Origin: Methylacidiphilum caldifontis | Lineage (GTDB): Bacteria > Verrucomicrobiota > Verrucomicrobiia > Methylacidiphilales > CAMAQI01 | NCBI GenBank assembly: GCA_945877805.1 | Contig: CAMCSM010000003.1 | Location: 1,295-65,294, forward strand | Direction of reading: 5' to 3' | DNA length: 64,000 nt | Shown: piece after piece, positions 1-8,427 of the stretch | Position numbering within the stretch: position 1 is the stretch's first letter | Layout: each line of letters opens with the position of its first letter | Position numbers and translations under genes: made by a program | The notes under the pieces: model-generated | What the model was told of the DNA's origin: nothing | Databases searched by the model: none | The model's input: only the letters and a program-made list of their open reading frames with translations

Positions 1-40
1 GTCTGATACGAGCAGTGTTTAAGTAATAATAAGAGGTCTT

Positions 41-436
41 ATGAATTCGAAATTGTATGTAGGGAACCTTCCGTTCTCTGCTGATGAATCCCAAATTGAA
101 TCCGCATTTGCCGAGTTTGGCGCGGTTTCTCAAGTTCAAATCGTCCGTGATCGTGAAACGCAACGCCCTCGTGGCTTTGCCTTTGTTACCATGGGAACAG
201 CCGAAGAGGCCCAAGCAGCTATCAGTGGCTTGCACGGGAAAGACTTAGGCGGTCGTTCTATCACCGTAAATGAAGCTCGTCCTAAGGAAGATCGCCCACA
301 GCGCTCTTTTGATGGACCTCGTGGTGGTGGCGGCGGTGGTGGTTATGGCGGTGGCGAACGTCGTGGCGGCGGTGGTGGTTATGGCGGCGGCGAACGTCGT
401 GGCGGTGGTGGTGGTGGACATCGCGACCGTTACTAA
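41..436 (+). CDS. RRM-type RNA-binding protein with Gly/Arg-rich C-terminal tail
   Basis: RNP motifs (LYVGNL, RGFAFVTM) in the N-terminal ~80 aa. C-terminal GGGYGGGERR repeats. Confidence 0.9.
   Translation: MNSKLYVGNLPFSADESQIESAFAEFGAVSQVQIVRDRETQRPRGFAFVTMGTAEEAQAAISGLHGKDLGGRSITVNEARPKEDRPQRSFDGPRGGGGGGGYGGGERRGGGGGYGGGERRGGGGGGHRDRY
329..400 (+). repeat. 36-nt tandem duplication (2 units) encoding GGGGGYGGGERR
   Basis: Units 329-364 and 365-400 differ only at position 352 (t) versus 388 (c). Confidence 0.9.
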
Positions 437-475
437 AAAGACCTCTTTCGTCTGATCATTTTTAAAATCCTTTAC

Positions 476-504
476 CCCCCCATGAATCTTGAATTCATGG
501 GGGG
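476..504. terminator. Intrinsic-terminator-like hairpin between convergent genes
   Basis: 12-bp perfect stem ccccccatgaat / attcatgggggg with loop cttga. T-rich tract follows on the + strand. Confidence 0.7.
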
Positions 505-514
505 CTATTTGATT

Positions 515-898
515 TTAGAATAAATCCTTCCCGTATTTATTCACCCACTTCTTTTCTCGCTCCATTTGCTCCACCGCTTTTTTAGCCATCATCGGCTCAA
601 TCCAATGTCGCTCCCACTGTAAAAATCCAATAGTGATCATTGATCCTACCGTCAAAAGCCATGTGACCCCCGCCAGTAAAGCGGCAAATAAACGGTCTTT
701 AAATAGAAGATATCCCCAGGAGGTGGGATAACCGACCATCCGCTCGATCACTCCTTCAGGTGAACGTTGAAAACAGACTTGATCCCCTAAAAAAACAAGA
801 AAGCCGACGATCAATAGGATCAGAAGAAGAAAAAGTTTCTGCGGATCAGAAAGCCCTCCCAAGGAGGGATTGGGGATTTGGGGATTGGGGAGTTTCAT
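515..898 (-). CDS. Small integral membrane protein, possible membrane anchor partner of the upstream ATPase
   Basis: Two hydrophobic helices (LFLLLILLIVGFLVFLG, FAALLAGVTWLLTVGSMITIGFL). 4-nt overlap with the upstream gene. Confidence 0.5.
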   Translation of the reverse strand: MKLPNPQIPNPSLGGLSDPQKLFLLLILLIVGFLVFLGDQVCFQRSPEGVIERMVGYPTSWGYLLFKDRLFAALLAGVTWLLTVGSMITIGFLQWERHWIEPMMAKKAVEQMEREKKWVNKYGKDLF

Positions 899-2814
899 AA
901 ATGAATCGGATTAAAATCAAAACGAACCTGACGAACCATTAAATCTCCAAATCGAGCCGGTAACCGTAAAACTCCTTCCCCAATACGAAAAGTAACGAAT
1001 TGATCGGATGAAAAACGAGCGGCCTTCTCGTAGCTCGTCGAATACCCTCTCGATCCCCATTTCTTCTTTGAATCAATCCAATGCTCCATCGCCCCTTGGT
1101 TTTGATTTAACCGCACTTTAATCTCTGACCCTAAAGCTCGTGAGGCATAGTCGTTTGTCTTTGGATCGTCGTTTCTTAAAAAAATCTTCATCCCACAGTT
1201 TTGCATGAGCGCATCGACCTCCTGTTCTGAAAACTTTCGCAATAAACTCGGAAGTCCTTGCATCGCTAGAATACAGCTACAACGATACTCTCGCACCTTA
1301 TCTAAAAATGAGGCCTCCCCTGTCTGATCTCCAGTGGTCGCGACAGAACCGAACTCGTCACATAAATAGATGAGATTTCTTTCCTGATTCACCAGCCGGT
1401 TCTCTGGTAAAATCTTTAATCGAGATCGATTTAAGGTCGTCCTAAAAAAATCAATCTTCATTACTAAAGAGGCGAGCCGTTGCGCCACGCCATATTGAGA
1501 CGAAGGCATCTCTAAAACGACAAGGAGTCCTCGATCGATGACCTGAGTAAAATCAAAGGTTCCCTGAGGGGCAAACATCCGATCAAAAGGAGCGGTCACA
1601 AACGGCATTAAGGCATTTGAAACCACCATCGATACGGAGGCCGAGGTTTTCTCATTCGCGGGATTCAAATACTCATTTGTGAAATAGCAATAAATCCAAT
1701 CCGACTCCAAACTCTCGCCTCTCTCCCTGAGTAACGATTCATATTGAGACAACAACTCCCCAAGAGCCCCTTGTTTCTTTTTTTCTGAAAATAATTTTGC
1801 GAGCCCTCTCCAAATATCTTGAATCTCCTCTCCTTGCGCGAGAAGGGTTGATCTTTTCTCTCTTAAATTTTTACTCACTTCCCGAGGAAGAATCGCCAAT
1901 AGTCGATTCCACTCCCCTCTTGTCCCCTCAAGAGCGTTTAAGATCTCTTTTCCCCGATCGTTATCAAAACCGAGAGATCCCTCTCTCTGCATCTCACGTA
2001 TGTTTTCAGAAATTTTCCTGAGCTGTTCTCGAAAATGAATTTCTAATGAGTTCTTGAAATCAATACCCTCCCACTCCTCTTCAATTTCCATTAAACTTTT
2101 TCGTACAGACTTGAACAGTTCTCGAATCATTCGACAAGAGTCCTGCCGTTCTCGCTCTCCGGACTCTTCCTGCGGTTTATCGAGACATAAGAGATTTAAA
2201 TAGTGAAAAGAGATCGCAGGAACGGCGGCTCCAGACTTTAAAAGTCGATCGTGAAGAAGAAATAGATTCGTTAATAGTTTTTGAGAGGCCTGAGCCCAAA
2301 ACGGATCGCCCTCCTCTTTCCCGCCACTTGCCGCCTTGATGAGCTCATGAATCTTATTCGCTTTTTGGAGGGGTAACTCCGTCGGATCAGAAAAGGGATC
2401 GTAGACCCACTGGGGGTGATCCGGCCCGAAATAGACAATCGACTCTTCACGTTGATAGCGACGAGCAAGAACCTTTGTTTTTGGGGTAAAATCGCCCTTT
2501 GCCTCAATCACCAATCCTCCCACCTGATATTGATGACGCATCGAACCTTCAGAATGATAAGCAGATCGAAAGACAACTCCTTCATAAACTTGATGAAGAA
2601 CCGTGGATGTTTTCCCAGAGCCTGATCCCCCGGTAATTAACAAATGATCGTTAAAATCTTTCCAACAAAGATCAACAGAGTCCTCAGATGCTCCCCCATG
2701 GTCATCTTGGAATCGAAATCTAAACTTCCCCATCTCCTTTTGATAGGAGGAGGAGATTTCCTTTTCATCAACAGGAAGGTCGGGTGGACTGCTGAAAAAT
2801 GACCAAGGCTTCAT
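895..2814 (-). CDS. Type IV secretion coupling protein-like P-loop ATPase (TraD/TraG/VirD4 family), lacking N-terminal TM helices
   Basis: Walker A ITGGSGSGKTST and Walker B-like LIYLCDEFGS. C-terminal ILAMQGLPSL...IFLRNDDPKTNDYASRALGS resembles the TraG-D_C signature. Long coiled-coil insert. Confidence 0.65.
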   Translation of the reverse strand: MKPWSFFSSPPDLPVDEKEISSSYQKEMGKFRFRFQDDHGGASEDSVDLCWKDFNDHLLITGGSGSGKTSTVLHQVYEGVVFRSAYHSEGSMRHQYQVGGLVIEAKGDFTPKTKVLARRYQREESIVYFGPDHPQWVYDPFSDPTELPLQKANKIHELIKAASGGKEEGDPFWAQASQKLLTNLFLLHDRLLKSGAAVPAISFHYLNLLCLDKPQEESGERERQDSCRMIRELFKSVRKSLMEIEEEWEGIDFKNSLEIHFREQLRKISENIREMQREGSLGFDNDRGKEILNALEGTRGEWNRLLAILPREVSKNLREKRSTLLAQGEEIQDIWRGLAKLFSEKKKQGALGELLSQYESLLRERGESLESDWIYCYFTNEYLNPANEKTSASVSMVVSNALMPFVTAPFDRMFAPQGTFDFTQVIDRGLLVVLEMPSSQYGVAQRLASLVMKIDFFRTTLNRSRLKILPENRLVNQERNLIYLCDEFGSVATTGDQTGEASFLDKVREYRCSCILAMQGLPSLLRKFSEQEVDALMQNCGMKIFLRNDDPKTNDYASRALGSEIKVRLNQNQGAMEHWIDSKKKWGSRGYSTSYEKAARFSSDQFVTFRIGEGVLRLPARFGDLMVRQVRFDFNPIHL

Positions 2815-2847
2815 CCTTCCCTCAGTGGGAGAGGAAGGGGGGGGGCG

Positions 2848-3693
2848 TCAAGGCTCTAAAAAAATTCGCTCGATCTCTAAAAATTGGCGGTCCACTTCTT
2901 CACAAAGCTTGGAAAGAGTCTCTAATTCAAGTCCTAAGATCGACCACGCCTTCTCCTCAAAAGGAGGGGGGATATCCTCCCCAGAACTCCCGATCTCCAT
3001 CGCATGCACCAATAAGTTAGCGACATGAATCGCAGAGAGTTCAAAAGAACCGGATTTTATTTTTTTGAAATCATGATGGCCCCTCACCACATCAATCAGC
3101 GGTTGAGGCATTTTCCATTCACTTAAAATGAGCGCCCCGACCTCAGTATGATCATACCCTAATTGCCGATGCTCAACCTCATTCATCGGAGCCCCAGAAG
3201 TCGAAATCTCCTTTAAAATCGATTCAAACTGATCCGGAAGATTCATCGCAATCGGTAATTTTCCAATATCATGAACTAATCCCATGATAAAAAATTGTTC
3301 GATATTTTGTTGATTGGTAAACTGCGCAATCAGTCGAGAGGTAATCCCACAGGCAATATTATGCCGCCAAAAATGATCCAAAAAAATCGGGTCGATCTTA
3401 TTTTTTCGAAAAACCTGGATGAGCACTGTTCCAAAGCAAAGATCGCGAACCTGCTTTAATCCGATCAGTCGAACCGATTCGCTCAAACTACTCACCTGTT
3501 GAGGAAAGCCGTAAAAACTACTATTGGCTAAACGAAGCAATCGAACCGTCAAACTCGGATCCTCTCCGATAATTTCCACGATCGATTCCATATTCGCATC
3601 AGGATCATTCACCACCCTCTGAATATGATGGTAGACCATCGAGAGCGAAGGGAGTTTCGCTGAATTTTTTAAAAGTCCTTCAAGATCTTTCAT
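2848..3693 (-). CDS. HDOD domain signalling protein
   Basis: LPSLSMVYHHIQRVVNDP...EDPSLTVRLLRLANSSFYG and LVHDIGKL motifs typical of HDOD. Confidence 0.8.
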   Translation of the reverse strand: MKDLEGLLKNSAKLPSLSMVYHHIQRVVNDPDANMESIVEIIGEDPSLTVRLLRLANSSFYGFPQQVSSLSESVRLIGLKQVRDLCFGTVLIQVFRKNKIDPIFLDHFWRHNIACGITSRLIAQFTNQQNIEQFFIMGLVHDIGKLPIAMNLPDQFESILKEISTSGAPMNEVEHRQLGYDHTEVGALILSEWKMPQPLIDVVRGHHDFKKIKSGSFELSAIHVANLLVHAMEIGSSGEDIPPPFEEKAWSILGLELETLSKLCEEVDRQFLEIERIFLEP

Positions 3694-3699
3694 CGTCGT

Positions 3700-4038
3700 T
3701 TAACTTTTTGAAGTTTTGCCGTGAACGTGACGTTCCACGCAGATCTCAAATAACTGTTTAATGACTTCTGATTTTAGATCTAAATTTCTAAAACGTTTTT
3801 TTATCTGATCCACCTGTTTCAGATCGATTGAAACCGCGGGACTCTCTTTTCGATCCCCCTCTTCAGAAATTCGAACTTGATTCACTCCAAATGACTTTAA
3901 AACCTGAATGAGTCGCACATCTAAAAGCTGATCTTTCTTCGCTAAAACGATTTCTTTAGAGGATTTAACCTCCTCCCCGAGCCGTGAGCCAGGGGGTAAG
4001 TCATCAATTTTAATAAACTTTAAACGCATTACCATCAA
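3700..4038 (-). CDS. Small protein resembling the N-terminal DUF3391-type module of HD-GYP regulators
   Basis: KFIKIDDLPPGSRLGEEV...LIQVLKSFGVNQVRI pattern. 6-nt gap to the HDOD gene. Confidence 0.35.
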   Translation of the reverse strand: MMVMRLKFIKIDDLPPGSRLGEEVKSSKEIVLAKKDQLLDVRLIQVLKSFGVNQVRISEEGDRKESPAVSIDLKQVDQIKKRFRNLDLKSEVIKQLFEICVERHVHGKTSKS

Positions 4039-4044
4039 TTAGAT

Positions 4045-4083
4045 ACCTAAAATTTTATTTAAAAAAAGTTAAAAATGAACTTT
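4045..4083. promoter_or_regulatory. Perfect 16-bp inverted repeat (candidate operator) in a divergent promoter region
   Basis: ttatttaaaaaaagtt (4045-4060), 7-nt spacer aaaaatg, aactttttttaaataa (4068-4083). Lies between the start codons at 4038 (-) and 4150 (+). Confidence 0.5.
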
Positions 4084-4149
4084 TTTTAAATAAAAACTCA
4101 TTCTCCGCAATTATGTTGTTCATTAGTCAAAAAGTGATTAACTTTTTCC

Positions 4150-5460
4150 ATGGCATTTAATCCACTCGACAACGCCACCCTCTTCATCCCTCTGGAGCCC
4201 AATACTTCAGAAAAACTTGATATCAAGACCCCCATGATCGAGGGATTGATTATGAGACTTCTTTACACGCGATCGGTCCTTCAAGGCCATGAAATTGCCA
4301 CAATCGTAGCGCTCCCATTTTTTGGGATCCTTGAGCCGATCATTGAAGAGTTAAAAGAACAGAAGATGATCGAAGTCGTCAAAGGAGAAAGAAGTTCAAT
4401 CACTTACAGTTACGGAATTACCGAATTTGGAAGACAGCGAGCCGTTCAATATTTCGAACAAACGACCTATATCGGTCCCGCCCCGATCTCTCTTGAATCG
4501 TACCGACATGCGATTAAGGAACAAAGCATCCATCGAATCAGCATCAATGCAGAGAAACTCGAGGAGGTATTTGAGGGACTTATTTTTGACGGCGATATCT
4601 TACAACAGGTAGGTCCGGCGGTAAACTCGGGACGATCTATTTTCCTCTATGGCCCCCCAGGAAACGGAAAAACCTCGATCTGTGAGCGAATCGTGGCCTC
4701 ACTCGGTGGCGCAATTTTTATTCCCTATGCCATTGAGGCCCAAGGCCAGATCATTAAACTTTACGACGAATATAACCATCAAGCGTTAAATGCCTCTGAA
4801 GATATTCGGCTCCAAGCAAAATATGATCCTCGCTATAAACTGATTCGACGACCGATGATCATCGTCGGCGGCGAACTCACGTTAGAAACCCTCGATCTCA
4901 TTTGGAATCCGGACTCCCGCTATTATGAAGCCCCCCTTCAATTAAAGTCCAATGGGGGCGCCTTTATGATCGACGATTTTGGACGGCAACGAATCGAACC
5001 GAAAGTTCTTCTCAATCGATGGATCGTTCCCCTCGAAAAAAGAATCGATTATCTCACGACTCATACAGGGACAAAAATTGATGTTCCCTTTGATGAGCTG
5101 ATTGTCTTCTCCACCAATTTAAATCCCAATGATTTAGTTGATGAAGCCTTTCTCAGACGTATTCGCTATAAGATTGGAATCCATAATCCCTCCCCTGAAA
5201 ACTTCATTAAAATATGGGAATTGGTCAGTATCGCAAAAAAAGTCCCTTTCGATCACTCCGTTCCCCAATATTTTATTCAAAAACATATGACGGCTAAAAA
5301 TCGCCCCCTTCGTGGATGTATTCCACGTGATATTATCGATTATATTATCGATGTCTGTCGCTTTAAGCAGGTAGACCCGACGATGAGCGCAGAACTCCTC
5401 GATGAAGCGGCTGAAGCCTATTTTGTGACCTTTAAAAGCAACGATTACGTGATGCCATAA
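4150..5460 (+). CDS. AAA+ ATPase with N-terminal winged-helix-like region
   Basis: Walker A LYGPPGNGKTS, Walker B FMIDDFG, NRWIVPLEKRIDYL and LVDEAFLRRI motifs. Confidence 0.7.
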   Translation: MAFNPLDNATLFIPLEPNTSEKLDIKTPMIEGLIMRLLYTRSVLQGHEIATIVALPFFGILEPIIEELKEQKMIEVVKGERSSITYSYGITEFGRQRAVQYFEQTTYIGPAPISLESYRHAIKEQSIHRISINAEKLEEVFEGLIFDGDILQQVGPAVNSGRSIFLYGPPGNGKTSICERIVASLGGAIFIPYAIEAQGQIIKLYDEYNHQALNASEDIRLQAKYDPRYKLIRRPMIIVGGELTLETLDLIWNPDSRYYEAPLQLKSNGGAFMIDDFGRQRIEPKVLLNRWIVPLEKRIDYLTTHTGTKIDVPFDELIVFSTNLNPNDLVDEAFLRRIRYKIGIHNPSPENFIKIWELVSIAKKVPFDHSVPQYFIQKHMTAKNRPLRGCIPRDIIDYIIDVCRFKQVDPTMSAELLDEAAEAYFVTFKSNDYVMP

Positions 5461-5513
5461 TAAGCGAAATCTGTCTTGGCTGCCTGCTCCGAAAAATTTC
5501 GGAGGAGCCAAGG

Positions 5514-5720
5514 CCGTCCCGCATATGCGCATGAGGGTCAACTTAAGGACAACAACCAAATACAATTTTCACCGCGGGGTAAACAGAGGGTAACGGAGGA
5601 AAATTCGGTTCTTTTTTTCAAAACAAGCTCAATAAAATAAATCCCAATTTCTCGTTTCCTTATAAAACAGTATTCCCTCCGTTGTCCTCCGTTTACCCCG
5701 CGGTGAAAATTGTATTTTGG
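5514..5720. repeat. Composite intergenic repeat: family C core plus a MITE-like unit with ~28-nt terminal inverted repeats
   Basis: The core ccgtcccgcatatgcgcatgagggtcaacttaagg (5514-5548) recurs at 63611-63643 in reverse complement. Arms 5556-5584 and 5691-5720 are near-perfect inverted repeats around a ~105-nt spacer. Confidence 0.8.
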
Positions 5721-5735
5721 TTAAACCGCTCCCTT

Positions 5736-6449
5736 TTATTCTCCTAGGTAGGCTCTCCTTACCTCATCACTTTCGAGAAGATTTCTTCCTGTATCAGAAT
5801 GAACAATCTTCCCCGTGACCATCACATATCCCCGATGGGCGATCTTTAATGCCTGACGTGCATTTTGCTCGACCAATAAAATCGGAACCCCCGTTTGATT
5901 GATTTTTAAAAGGATCTCAAAAATCTTTTCGACGATCAATGGAGCTAACCCTAAAGAGGGCTCATCGAGCATTAACAACTTTGGCTCACTCATTAACGAA
6001 CGTCCAATGGCAAGCATCTGCTGCTCCCCGCCACTCAACGTTCCTCCGAGTTGCCTCTTCCGCTCCGCTAATTTCGGAAAGTAATCAAAAACCTGTTCCA
6101 ACTTCTCTCCGTTTCGTCGTGAGTCGAGGAGATAGGCACCAATTCTTAAATTCTCTTCAACGGTCATCAACGGAAAGATATGCCGAGCCTCGGGACATAA
6201 GACGATCCCTTGAGCCAAGAGTCGATCAGGACTCTCCCCCACCAAAATCCCCCCTTGCCAATAAATCGATCCCTTCTGATGGCGAATCACCGACATAATT
6301 GAGGCGAGTGTTGTTGTTTTACCCGCTCCGTTTCCTCCCAAAAGCGTGACAATTTCACCCGCATGGACCACCAAGTTGACCCCTTTTAAAACCTCCGCCG
6401 CCCCATAGCCGACATGAAGATCTTTTAACTCAAGCAAAGGAGAGTTCAT
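5736..6449 (-). CDS. livF: Branched-chain amino acid ABC transporter ATP-binding protein
   Basis: GGNGAGKTT Walker A, LSGGEQQML signature, LivF-like length and C-terminus. Confidence 0.85.
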   Translation of the reverse strand: MNSPLLELKDLHVGYGAAEVLKGVNLVVHAGEIVTLLGGNGAGKTTTLASIMSVIRHQKGSIYWQGGILVGESPDRLLAQGIVLCPEARHIFPLMTVEENLRIGAYLLDSRRNGEKLEQVFDYFPKLAERKRQLGGTLSGGEQQMLAIGRSLMSEPKLLMLDEPSLGLAPLIVEKIFEILLKINQTGVPILLVEQNARQALKIAHRGYVMVTGKIVHSDTGRNLLESDEVRRAYLGE

Positions 6450-7231
6450 GAGCCCCCTCCTTTTTCCTCTGCTCCTCCTAAATAGGCTTCAATCACCTGA
6501 GGATGTTTACGAATTTCCTCCGGAGTTCCTACCGCCAACTCCTCGCCATGATCTAAAACTAAAATTCGATCTGAAATATCCATGACCACTTTCATATGAT
6601 GCTCAATTAAAATCACCGTAACTCCAATCGTTCTCATCTTTGAAATCAAATCGATCATCCCTCCAATCTCACTTGGATTCATCCCCGCTCCTGGCTCATC
6701 CAATAAAATAACCTGAGGGTCGGTAGCCAAGGCCCGAGCAATCTCTAAACGTCTCTGATTTCCATAAGACAAATGCCCTGCCTTCATTCGAAGATCCCCT
6801 TCAATTCCGACAAACGAGAGCCATTTCATTGCCCGTTCTTTTGCTAAATGCTGAAACGTTTGGTGCGCTGTCGTTCGAAACAATATCCCCCAACTAGAGG
6901 TGCGATGATGATTGCTATCGGCGACTAAAACATTGTCCAAAAGACTTAAATGATCAAAGAGTCGTATATTCTGAAAAGTTCGCGCCATTCCCAAGCGACA
7001 GATTTGATAGGGCTTTTTTCCGACAATCGATTTTCCCCCTAAAAGAATCGCCCCTTCATCAGGCTGATAAAAACCGGATAAACAATTAAAGAGGGTCGTC
7101 TTTCCGGCTCCATTCGGACCGATCACACTTAAAATTTCCCCTTTAAAAAGTTGAAAGCAGATATTGTCGATTGCCCGCAGCCCCCCAAAGCCTTTCCCAA
7201 CATTTTGAACATCTAAAACGAGTGGCTTCAT
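6446..7231 (-). CDS. livG: Branched-chain amino acid ABC transporter ATP-binding protein
   Basis: GPNGAGKTTLFN, LSYGNQRRLEIARAL, LLDEPGAGMNP. Confidence 0.85.
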   Translation of the reverse strand: MKPLVLDVQNVGKGFGGLRAIDNICFQLFKGEILSVIGPNGAGKTTLFNCLSGFYQPDEGAILLGGKSIVGKKPYQICRLGMARTFQNIRLFDHLSLLDNVLVADSNHHRTSSWGILFRTTAHQTFQHLAKERAMKWLSFVGIEGDLRMKAGHLSYGNQRRLEIARALATDPQVILLDEPGAGMNPSEIGGMIDLISKMRTIGVTVILIEHHMKVVMDISDRILVLDHGEELAVGTPEEIRKHPQVIEAYLGGAEEKGGGS

Positions 7232-8427
7232 ACCCGATCCTTTGATCCTAAGAGCCCTTGGGGCCGTACCAACATCATCACCACCATAATCATTCCAAAA
7301 AGAAGTAATCGATACTCAGCAATCGCCGGAATATAATCGCGTAAAACCGTCGGAATATAATACAGCAAAAAACTTCCCAATAAAGCTCCCGGAATACTTC
7401 CTAATCCACCTAAAATGACCATGGCAAGAATCAAAACCGAAATCTCAAAAGCACTTGATTCAGGATTCAAAAAACCGGTGTGAACCGTATAAAGAACTCC
7501 CGCGAGAGCCGCAAATGCCGCACTTAATGAAAAGGCAATGAGTTTCATTTTAACAACAGGAACCCCCGTCGCCTCCGCTGCGATTTCATTTTCTCGTATC
7601 GCCGTCCAGGCCCTTCCAAAAGGGGAATAATAGAGCCGATGTAAAACCATCACTGTAAAAAAAAGCGCAATCAGCACCCAAAGATAGACGCTCGAAATCA
7701 CTCCTAACCCCAACATCTTTCCCACTTTGGATGAAGAATGAATACTGATCCCAATATCCCCTCCCGTAATCGAGGGCAAATTCCGAACCAACTCACGAAA
7801 AGATTCCGCAAATCCCAAAGTCACGATCGCTAAATAATCCCCCCGTAACCTCAAACAAGGAAGTCCCACAAGCCATCCCACCATTGCCCCGATACCACAG
7901 GCCACGGGAATCGCCATCCACCAAGTAAACCCAGGGATGAATTGCTGCAAAATTGCAAAAACATAACCCCCCAAAGAAAAGAATCCGGCATATCCCAAAA
8001 CCAAAAGCCCTGTCATTCCAATCGTCACGTTAAGCCCCAAGGCCAAAATCATATAAATGCCGACCATGATAAAGACATTTAATACTTTTGGCCCCGCAAT
8101 CCATGAAACCGTCGCTAAACAAAAGAAGAGAGAAATTGCATAAAAATTATTTTTTCGAATCATCCGATAGAAATGATTGATCGATACTAATTTTCGTTGG
8201 GTAAAAGAGTTGCGTTTAAAAAAATAAATTAAAAAATAAACAACCACTCCCCCTGCGAGAAGGGGAAATAAACCGCGAAAAAAAGAAAGGCCGCGATCCC
8301 ACTGGGGAAATGCCTTGAGCACCCCTGAAAGGGGCTCATAGGAAAGCTTTAACCAAATAAAAGGATAGGTCATCACGATCACGAGAAGGACCAAAAGGAG
8401 TGTTGAAAAAAATGCGCGATTCTTCAT
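7228..8427 (-). CDS. livM: Branched-chain amino acid ABC transporter permease
   Basis: Polytopic membrane protein with LivM-type core (GYAGFFSLGGYVFA...). Translationally coupled within the liv operon. Confidence 0.8.
   Translation of the reverse strand: MKNRAFFSTLLLVLLVIVMTYPFIWLKLSYEPLSGVLKAFPQWDRGLSFFRGLFPLLAGGVVVYFLIYFFKRNSFTQRKLVSINHFYRMIRKNNFYAISLFFCLATVSWIAGPKVLNVFIMVGIYMILALGLNVTIGMTGLLVLGYAGFFSLGGYVFAILQQFIPGFTWWMAIPVACGIGAMVGWLVGLPCLRLRGDYLAIVTLGFAESFRELVRNLPSITGGDIGISIHSSSKVGKMLGLGVISSVYLWVLIALFFTVMVLHRLYYSPFGRAWTAIRENEIAAEATGVPVVKMKLIAFSLSAAFAALAGVLYTVHTGFLNPESSAFEISVLILAMVILGGLGSIPGALLGSFLLYYIPTVLRDYIPAIAEYRLLLFGMIMVVMMLVRPQGLLGSKDRV

Noticed and set aside
270-455. A 61-aa Val/Ala-rich ORF overlapping the RRM gene tail.
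   Set aside because: It is an alternative frame of the GGN-rich tandem repeat and is not independent coding sequence.
895-2814. The idea that the coupling-protein-like ATPase marks an integrative conjugative element.
   Set aside because: No relaxase, VirB4/TraC, integrase or oriT-like feature is visible in the 64 kb. The flanking genes are signalling and housekeeping genes. The left edge of the window limits this conclusion.
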